64,000 nucleotides of DNA, taken from contig JACOXD010000010.1 in assembly GCA_016176465.1 (NCBI GenBank), positions 71,497 to 135,496 of the forward strand, written 5' to 3'. Position numbers and translations under genes: made by a program. Below the pieces are notes generated by a model that did not search any database, was not told the DNA's origin, and was given only the letters and a program-made list of their open reading frames with translations. The first letter of the stretch is position 1; each line of letters opens with the position of its first letter. Below are positions 56,983 to 64,000 of the stretch, piece after piece. This DNA comes from Candidatus Daviesbacteria bacterium (GTDB lineage Bacteria; Patescibacteriota; Microgenomatia; Daviesbacterales; UBA10151).

Positions 56983-58257
56983 ATGCTTGATATAAATTTT
57001 ATTAGAGAAAATAAAGATTTAGTTAAAAAAGCAGTTAAAGATAAAAAATTAGAGGTTGATGTGGATCAACTTTTAGAGGTTGATCAAAAAAGAAGAGATT
57101 TGATTCAAAAAGTTGAGAGTTTGAGAGCTGATCGAAATATTGCAGCAAAAGATAGGAATATAGAAAAGGGGAAAGAGGTTAAGGAAAAATTGGATAGTTT
57201 GGAGGATGAATTAAAAAGAAAGGAAGAAAAATTTAATCACTTAATGCTTTTTGTCCCAAATATTCCAGCAGGTGATGCACCCATAGGCAAAGATGCTGAT
57301 TCTAATAAAGAAGTTTCCAAGTGGGGAGAGATTCCTAAATTTAATTTTACCCCTAAAGACCATATAGAGTTAGGAAAACTTTTGGATATTATTGATTTAG
57401 AACAAGGAGCAAAAGTTTCTGGGTTTAGAGGATACTATCTAAAAAATGAAGGAGCAATTTTACATTTTGCCCTTTTAAATTATGCATTTAAAAAAATTAT
57501 TGAAAAAGGTTTTAGAGTACTTGTCCCCCCAACTTTAGTTAGGGAAAATGTTTTAATTGGCTCAGGGCACTTTCCTTTTGGTAAGGAAAATGTTTATCAA
57601 ATTGCCAATCCCGGAAAATTGGAAACTGGGGAAGAGGTAAAAACTCCTTTATTTTTAACAGGAACTTCTGAACCATCTCTGCTTGCCTATTTTATGGATA
57701 AAACTTTAACTGAGGAGGAGCTACCTATTAAAGTTGCAGCAATGACCCAGTGTTACAGGTCAGAAGTTGGGGATTATGGCAAAGATACAAGAGGTTTATT
57801 TAGGCTTCATGAATTTGCCAAAGTAGAACAAGTAGTAATTTGTAAAAATGATCTTGCAGAGTCAGAGGAATATTTTAATGAAATGCAAAAAATATCTGAG
57901 GATTTATTGCAAGAATTAGGCATCCCCTATCATGTGATTGCAACTTCAACAGGCGATATGGGAGCAGGAAAACTTAGAATGAATGATATTGAAGCTTGGA
58001 TGATGGGTAGAGGAAAATATGGGGAGACTCATTCAAATTCTAATTTAACTGATTGGCAAGCAAGAAGATTGAACTTAAAGTTTAAAGGCAAAGATGGCAA
58101 AACTTACTTTGTTTATACTTTAAATAATACAGTTATTGCCTCTCCTAGAATTTTAATTGCTGTTTTGGAAAACTTTCAAATGGAAGATGGGAGTGTAAAA
58201 ATTCCAGAGGTTTTAGTCCCTTATACCAATTTTTCTGAAATTGTTCCTAAAAAATAA
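56983..58257 (+). CDS. serS: Seryl-tRNA synthetase
   Basis: MLDI..IREN, TSE, CYRSE, GLFR.HEF.KVE, DWQARRL and LN.T motifs. Confidence 0.97.
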   Translation: MLDINFIRENKDLVKKAVKDKKLEVDVDQLLEVDQKRRDLIQKVESLRADRNIAAKDRNIEKGKEVKEKLDSLEDELKRKEEKFNHLMLFVPNIPAGDAPIGKDADSNKEVSKWGEIPKFNFTPKDHIELGKLLDIIDLEQGAKVSGFRGYYLKNEGAILHFALLNYAFKKIIEKGFRVLVPPTLVRENVLIGSGHFPFGKENVYQIANPGKLETGEEVKTPLFLTGTSEPSLLAYFMDKTLTEEELPIKVAAMTQCYRSEVGDYGKDTRGLFRLHEFAKVEQVVICKNDLAESEEYFNEMQKISEDLLQELGIPYHVIATSTGDMGAGKLRMNDIEAWMMGRGKYGETHSNSNLTDWQARRLNLKFKGKDGKTYFVYTLNNTVIASPRILIAVLENFQMEDGSVKIPEVLVPYTNFSEIVPKK

Positions 58258-58265
58258 ATTATTTC

Positions 58266-59582
58266 TTATTTTTCTTGCTGTCTTTGTTTAATCAAATCAA
58301 AAGCTGATCCCCCAGTAGTATTGCCTGTATCTCCATTTATCTCTCCAAAACTTGAAGATGCATCTGAAGGGAGGGGAGTTTCTGCAGGTTCTGGAGTAGG
58401 TTCTGGTGTTGGTTCACTGATAGGGGATGAAGTGGGAAGCTCTTGGGTAACTGGGGGTGTATTGTTTTGAGTTGTAGTGGATGTTTCATTTCCCCTACCT
58501 ATTCCCAGGATAAAATAAAGTGAAGCAGCTGTAACAACTAAAATTATTACAACGGCTCCAATTATTGCAATTTTAGGAATTCCCTTATGTGGTTCCGCTT
58601 CAGTTTCAGGAATACCTGTTTGCTTTTGTTCAGGAGGAACCACAAGTGAATCATTATTAGAAAGCGTTGGGTTATATATTTCTGGTGGCGGCTGTGTTGG
58701 GCTTTCTGCCAGCTGAGAAAGATCAGTAGGTGCTGCCTCTCCGTTTTGAGGAGGAGTAGTCAGGTCAATGGGACCATTTTCACTGGTAGGGGTAGTGGCG
58801 GATGAAGTAGTGGGTTCGATCGGCTCAGTTTGGGCTGGGGTTTCAGATACTGGAGCTGACCAAGTCGGAACAGGTTGCTCTTGAGGTGTTGAAGGTGAGC
58901 CTCCAATTCCATAAGCACTTAAATCAAGTGGTTGGTTAGTATCAGCCAAAGATGTGTTGGGCGGGGTTTGAGATATATCTTGTGTAACAGAGAAAGGATT
59001 AGCAGGCAATTGAGGTTCGCTAGGTGTAGGACTGGAAAATGAAGGAGCACTCAAACCTTGATCCATAGCTGATGGAGGAGCAGCTTGAGGACCAGCAGGA
59101 AGTGAAGAATCAGATAACCCTGATAAATTCGAAGGAGGGGGAGGGGATGATAAAAAAGGATTATTTTGTAAGGAAGCAGATAAATTAGGAGTGGGTGGGG
59201 GAGGCGAGGTAGTTGAGGTGTCCATAGTAGGTGGGATTGTAGGTTCATTAGGTAAAATGGAGGAAGGGGGTTGGTTTAGGTCAAACTGTGAAGGACTATT
59301 GGGGAGTGTGACTGGCGGAAGATTAGTCGTAGTATCATCAGGTACTGGGGTGGCGTTTAAATCTGGCGTTGGTGAGGGAACTTGAGTAGGATTTGTACCT
59401 GTTGGATTAAAAGTAGTAACAGGAGGCATTGTATTAAGTGGAGGTGCTGCCAAATTAGCTCCTGTCGGATCTTGAGGAGAGGAAAAGCTAAAACCCGCAT
59501 TTGAAACTGGAGGAGGTGATGTTGAACCTACTGTAGCAGATGTATCAGGCGGATTTGTAGAATTATTATTGGAATTGTCCAT
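58266..59582 (-). CDS. Pro/Ser/Thr-rich low-complexity protein with one C-terminal TM segment
   Basis: Long disordered P/S/T tract, then TM segment IAIIGAVVIILVVTAASLYFILG. Confidence 0.7.
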   Translation of the reverse strand: MDNSNNNSTNPPDTSATVGSTSPPPVSNAGFSFSSPQDPTGANLAAPPLNTMPPVTTFNPTGTNPTQVPSPTPDLNATPVPDDTTTNLPPVTLPNSPSQFDLNQPPSSILPNEPTIPPTMDTSTTSPPPPTPNLSASLQNNPFLSSPPPPSNLSGLSDSSLPAGPQAAPPSAMDQGLSAPSFSSPTPSEPQLPANPFSVTQDISQTPPNTSLADTNQPLDLSAYGIGGSPSTPQEQPVPTWSAPVSETPAQTEPIEPTTSSATTPTSENGPIDLTTPPQNGEAAPTDLSQLAESPTQPPPEIYNPTLSNNDSLVVPPEQKQTGIPETEAEPHKGIPKIAIIGAVVIILVVTAASLYFILGIGRGNETSTTTQNNTPPVTQELPTSSPISEPTPEPTPEPAETPLPSDASSSFGEINGDTGNTTGGSAFDLIKQRQQEK

Positions 59583-59700
59583 GGCAGTAAAGCCAATCAA
59601 GGCTTGATTTTAAGTTTATCTGAGTAGCTATGTCCTGTCAATCTAGAGTAAGTGTCCATTTTGCTAAGGCTACCTTTAATTGATACAATATGCAAGTCTT

Positions 59701-62532
59701 ATGCTCAATTTTTTAAATAAATTTTTAGATGCGAATGCGCGTGAACTAAATAGACTCCAAAAAATTGTTGACCAAATTAATAATAAAGAGGGCAAAATTA
59801 AAAAGTTAACTGATACTCAAATTAAAGCCAAAGCAGAGGAGCTTAAAAAAAGGTTTCAAAAAGGCGAAACACTAGATCAACTTTTGCCTGAGACTTTTGC
59901 ACTGGTAAGAGAGGTGGGATCAAGACATTTAAACCAGCGGCATTTTGATGTTCAGCTAATGGCGGGTATTGCATTGCATGATGGAAAAATTGCTGAGCAA
60001 AAAACAGGTGAAGGTAAAACTCACTCAGCTACCTTGGCCTTAGCTTTAAACGCTCTAACTGGTAGGGGAGTTCATTTAGTAACAGTAAATGACTATCTGG
60101 CCAGAAGGGACTGTGGCTGGAATGGTCCTATTTTCCATGCCTTAGGTTTATCTTGTGCAGTTATTATTCACGAGCAAGCTTTTCTTTATGATCCTAAATA
60201 TTCTAATAAAGAAGTAACAGATAAAAGACTGAAACACTTAAAACCTATTTCCAGACAAGAGGCATATAACGCAGATATTACTTATGGAACTAATAATGAG
60301 TTTGGATTTGATTATTTGCGAGATAACATGGTTCATTCTTTAGCTGAAGCTAGGCAGCGGGGTCATTATTTTGCAATTGTTGATGAGGTTGACTCAATTT
60401 TAATTGATGAGGCCAGGACTCCTTTAATTATCTCTGCTCCAGCAGAGGAAGCTACAGAAAAATATAGCAAATTTGCCAAAATTATAGATTCCCTTTCTAG
60501 TGATGGGGATTATGTTATTGATGAAAAACTCCGAACTGCCCATTTAACAGAACATGGAACAATCAAGATAGAAAAAATCTTAGGAGTTGATAATTTATAT
60601 GAAAAAGATTTTTCAACGTTACACCATTTGGAAGAGGCTCTAAAAGCTAGGACTTTGTTTAAAAAAGATAAAGATTACGTAGTTAGAGATGGGGAAGTTA
60701 TTATTGTAGATGAGTTTACAGGAAGATTAATGCCAGGTCGTCGCTACTCTGAGGGGTTACATCAAGCTATAGAAGCAAAAGAGGGTGTTCCAATACAGCA
60801 AGAATCACAAACGCTAGCTACCATCTCTTTTCAAAACTATTTTAGGATGTATGAAAAGTTGGCCGGAATGACAGGAACTGCTGCGACAGAGGCCGAAGAG
60901 TTTCACAAAATTTATAAATTAGAAGTAGTCATAGTACCAACTCATAAGCCTATGATCAGAAAAGATCACTCTGATTCCATCTATAAAACTCAATCAGTCA
61001 AATACAGCGCTGTTGCAAATGCTATTGATGAAATTCATAAAATGGGCCAGCCCATTTTAGTTGGTACTACCTCAATTGAAAAAAATGAATTTTTATCAGA
61101 CCTTTTAAAGAAAAAAGGTATCTCTCATGCTCTCTTGAACGCTAAAAACCACGAAAAAGAAGCAGAGATAATTGCAAAAGCAGGTGAGCGGGGAGCAGTG
61201 ACTGTTGCAACTAATTTAGCCGGTCGAGGAGTGGATATTAAACTAGGAAAAGGGATTGAGGAACTTGGGGGTTTATATGTTTTAGGAACAGAGCGTCACG
61301 AAGCAAGAAGAATTGATAATCAATTGCGGGGTCGCTCTGGGAGACAAGGAGACTCTGGAGCTTCTAAATTTTTTGTTTCCCTAGAGGATGATTTAATGAG
61401 AGTTTTTGGAGGAGAACAAGTTGCCAAGGTAATGAATTTTTTAAAGATGCCTGAAGATGTACCTATTGAACATGGCTTAGTTTCTAAAGCTTTGGAGGGT
61501 GCTCAAAAGAAAGTAGAGGGTCACAATTTTGATATAAGAAAACACACTGTTGAATATGATGATGTAATGAATCAACAGCGTCAAATAATTTATAGAATAA
61601 GAAGGCAAATTTTAGAGGCTGCTGCCAAAATTGAAGGAGCACAAACCGGACTCAAAAAAGAAATTTTAGAAAAAATCGAAAGTCAGATAAAAAATATAGT
61701 CAGTGTTAATAGTATTGAGGGTGTGGATGTTGAAAAAATAGTTGAGGAATTTGTATCTATTATCCCTACTGATTCTAATTCCCAAAATCAGTTAGCCAAT
61801 CAAGTGCAAAGTCTTTCTAGTGATCAAATTAGTGAATTTTTAGTTAAAATCGCCATAGATTTATATGAGGAAAGAGAAAAAAGTATAGGGTCTGATATAG
61901 TTCGCCAGATGGAAAGTTTTGTTTATTTAAACACCATTGATCAGCTTTGGATTGAGCATTTAGATACTATGGATGATTTAAGAGCTGGGATAGGACTTCG
62001 GGGTTATGCTCAAAGAGATCCATTAATTGAGTATAAAAGAGAAGGTTTTGATCTGTTTGAGAGGCTAATGCAAAATATTGATTCAGAAGTTGTTGATAGG
62101 ATTTTTAAAGTAGAAGTACAAGCTGCTCCATCCATTGTCCAAACTCCAGCTGTTGATTTAGAAAAGGCGGTAGAAATACATCAAGAAGCGTTGGATGAAA
62201 AAGAGCTTTTGGAAGAAGTGGGCCAGTTAATGCCATCACCTCGTCATCCTGAGCGTTCTAGCGAAGGATCTGCGGAAACTAAAGTAAGAGCAGAAGGGGC
62301 AAGCAATACTGCAGGTTTAGCTGGATCCTTAAGAATTGAAGAAGAACAAGCAATACCTGATTTAAGCTATACAGGGACTAAAGTTACAGTTGAGCGGGGA
62401 GGAGAAGTAGTGTCTCAACAAGTTTATGGAGGAAGTGGACAATTAGTTAAGCCCCATGGCAAAATTGGCAGAAATGATCCTTGCTGGTGCGGTTCTGGAA
62501 AAAAATACAAAAAATGCCATTACCCAAATTGA
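59701..62532 (+). CDS. secA: Preprotein translocase SecA
   Basis: TGEGKT, DEVDSILIDEARTP, QLRGRSGRQGD and the SEC-C motif GRNDPCWCGSGKKYKKCH. Confidence 0.98.
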   Translation: MLNFLNKFLDANARELNRLQKIVDQINNKEGKIKKLTDTQIKAKAEELKKRFQKGETLDQLLPETFALVREVGSRHLNQRHFDVQLMAGIALHDGKIAEQKTGEGKTHSATLALALNALTGRGVHLVTVNDYLARRDCGWNGPIFHALGLSCAVIIHEQAFLYDPKYSNKEVTDKRLKHLKPISRQEAYNADITYGTNNEFGFDYLRDNMVHSLAEARQRGHYFAIVDEVDSILIDEARTPLIISAPAEEATEKYSKFAKIIDSLSSDGDYVIDEKLRTAHLTEHGTIKIEKILGVDNLYEKDFSTLHHLEEALKARTLFKKDKDYVVRDGEVIIVDEFTGRLMPGRRYSEGLHQAIEAKEGVPIQQESQTLATISFQNYFRMYEKLAGMTGTAATEAEEFHKIYKLEVVIVPTHKPMIRKDHSDSIYKTQSVKYSAVANAIDEIHKMGQPILVGTTSIEKNEFLSDLLKKKGISHALLNAKNHEKEAEIIAKAGERGAVTVATNLAGRGVDIKLGKGIEELGGLYVLGTERHEARRIDNQLRGRSGRQGDSGASKFFVSLEDDLMRVFGGEQVAKVMNFLKMPEDVPIEHGLVSKALEGAQKKVEGHNFDIRKHTVEYDDVMNQQRQIIYRIRRQILEAAAKIEGAQTGLKKEILEKIESQIKNIVSVNSIEGVDVEKIVEEFVSIIPTDSNSQNQLANQVQSLSSDQISEFLVKIAIDLYEEREKSIGSDIVRQMESFVYLNTIDQLWIEHLDTMDDLRAGIGLRGYAQRDPLIEYKREGFDLFERLMQNIDSEVVDRIFKVEVQAAPSIVQTPAVDLEKAVEIHQEALDEKELLEEVGQLMPSPRHPERSSEGSAETKVRAEGASNTAGLAGSLRIEEEQAIPDLSYTGTKVTVERGGEVVSQQVYGGSGQLVKPHGKIGRNDPCWCGSGKKYKKCHYPN
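62242..62271. repeat. GTCA-type element in frame within the secA C-terminal linker
   Basis: CGTCATCCTGA-GCGTTCTAGC-GAAGGATCT, read as RHPERSSEGS. Confidence 0.85.
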
Positions 62533-62625
62533 AAATCCTTAGGTGCAAAGCTATTCCACCTCCCAGGTGGGATTTCTACATACTTAAATTGACGCAGGTG
62601 TAAACCGATTCTACCCCGGGGGTTG
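62533..62625. repeat. Mosaic of CCACC-type and RAYT2-type palindromes after secA
   Basis: GCTATTCCACCTCCCAGGTGGGA (62550-62572) and ACCCCGGGGGT (62613-62623). Confidence 0.75.
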
Positions 62626-62696
62626 CATACCGTGTTTTAGAATCTGTATACAATCATTGTTGACTTTTCAGATTAAATTATCCAATAATAAAATAG

Positions 62697-63416
62697 ATGT
62701 TATTAAACCAAAAGGGAATAATTTCTCCTTATATTTTACTAGTTATTGTTTTTATAGTTATTGCAATTATTTATCTACTTGTTAATAAAAATGATTTTAC
62801 TTTCTCTGACTTATTAAATTTTTCAGACAGAATTTATGCTCAAACAGCCCAAGATTTGGAGCCGCCTACTGCGCCAACGAATTTGAAAGTAACTAGTTAT
62901 TTAGGTACCAAAAAGGATGAAGGTAGTCGCGATGAGTTGGTATGGGATCCCTCAACTGACAATGTAGGTATCAAAAGCTATTTAATATATCAGATAATTG
63001 GCCCTGATGTTTATGATCAGAACCCCATAGCTGAAGTAGAAACTACATCGTATACGCGTCAATTTAATGTTAACGGATATGCCACAGATTATACTTATTA
63101 TGTTGTAGCCTTAGATACCAATAACAATAAATCTCCTCAATCCAATCTTGCACATATGACAGGTATATGGGGCGATGTGTTAGATAAATCCAATTCACGG
63201 CATATTAATGGTGCAAAGATTGAAGCTGTAAGTAATGGGACAACTAGTACATACATAGCAAATCAAAGTGGAGCCTATCTTATGAATCTTGCACCTGGTA
63301 CTTATGATGTAACTTACTCAGCTAATGGATATGTTCCACAAAAGTTTTCTTTAACAGTAACCGATAATCAAATGACTACAAGAAACGTATTCCTCTCAAA
63401 ATCACGCGGTAAGTAG
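62697..63416 (+). CDS. Membrane-anchored FN3 plus carboxypeptidase-regulatory-like domain protein
   Basis: Pilin-like NQKGII N-terminus; PTAPTNL...W..STDNVG...Y...Y.V.A.D...N.S; L.PGTY......GY. Confidence 0.75.
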   Translation: MLLNQKGIISPYILLVIVFIVIAIIYLLVNKNDFTFSDLLNFSDRIYAQTAQDLEPPTAPTNLKVTSYLGTKKDEGSRDELVWDPSTDNVGIKSYLIYQIIGPDVYDQNPIAEVETTSYTRQFNVNGYATDYTYYVVALDTNNNKSPQSNLAHMTGIWGDVLDKSNSRHINGAKIEAVSNGTTSTYIANQSGAYLMNLAPGTYDVTYSANGYVPQKFSLTVTDNQMTTRNVFLSKSRGK

Positions 63417-63544
63417 AATAATTAGCACTCTTGATTATAGAGGGTGTCTACCTAGCACACACCAGGTGTGTGAATCTTTACTTGAGGTGACGAAAAAAAT
63501 TGCAATTGCAGAAAATTTAGTCTTATGGTAAATTAGGAAGACTT

Positions 63545-64000
63545 ATGCGCCTTTGCCTTTCTCTAATTTTCAGTTTCGTTTTACTAGCCTTAACCCTTCC
63601 CAATTCAATCTTAGCCGCAAATTCCCTTGAGATTAAAAGTAGTATTAATATTTCTAGCAGTAGCAGCATTAGCAGCTCAAATAAAGTAACTATTTATAAC
63701 TCTGCAGATGTGCCTGAAGTTAATGGGGAATTTGATGATCCAAAAGATAAAATGGTAAAGGTAAGAGTATTTGTTCATGGAAGAAGATCTCATAATACCC
63801 AAAGTAATAATATCTGTACTGATGCTGACTCCACCAGAAGGGTAGATACTGAGAGATGGAGATTACCTGCTAGTGTGACTTATAATATTAACCCTTCTTC
63901 TGTACCAGCTTCGGTTGGAGCTGATAATTTTTCAAACTTAATTACCCAAGCTTCCTTCTCAGTTTGGCAATCAGCTGTTTTAAGTAAGGTAAACTTCTCA
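63545..64000 (+). CDS. Secreted protein, partial (possibly matrixin-like)
   Basis: Translated by hand: signal peptide MRLCLSLIFSFVLLAL..., open to the window end. W...Y.INP...F..W resembles matrixin N-regions; no HExxH within the window. Confidence 0.55.
   Translation, partial: MRLCLSLIFSFVLLALTLPNSILAANSLEIKSSINISSSSSISSSNKVTIYNSADVPEVNGEFDDPKDKMVKVRVFVHGRRSHNTQSNNICTDADSTRRVDTERWRLPASVTYNINPSSVPASVGADNFSNLITQASFSVWQSAVLSKVNFS

Noticed and set aside
5924-59385. Short ORFs nested in or antisense to recognised genes (e.g. 5924, 9712, 13021, 18058, 21637, 38176, 49904, 59191)
   Set aside because: They overlap well-supported genes and have no motifs.
58266-59600. Higher-GC stretch suggesting foreign DNA
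   Set aside because: Explained by Pro/Ser/Thr codons of a low-complexity protein.

Overview
AT-rich bacterial chromosome segment; gene content and mostly leaderless genes fit a CPR/Patescibacteria (Microgenomates-like) genome (inference). The backbone carries pentose-phosphate and sugar genes (rpiB, rpe, split tkt, tal, gnd, zwf, cupin PGI, GH15, PfkB, class I aldolase), nrdR-nrdJ (LAGLIDADG intein) with cobO, lon, hppA, ahcY plus an adenosine-kinase-like gene, lysS, serS, secA, cell-wall enzymes and a P-type ATPase. On top of this is a dense layer of small palindromic elements. (1) Three REP-associated tyrosine transposases (RAYT), each with its own 13-bp palindrome. (2) A small GIY-YIG nuclease bracketed by inverted TGTCAT...ATCT repeats, with solo copies in frame in gnd, secA and an HD gene. 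(3) A 21/27-nt 'KQSF' module (constant core plus variable mini-hairpin) tandemly inserted in frame in three unrelated ORFs. (4) A tRNA-Glu(UUC) split by a second GIY-YIG gene plus an intact tRNA-Glu(CUC), each half carrying a related hairpin insert. (5) Two covarying copies of a ~140-nt structured element. No rRNA, CRISPR array or cas genes were seen. All product calls come from motif recognition, not database searches.
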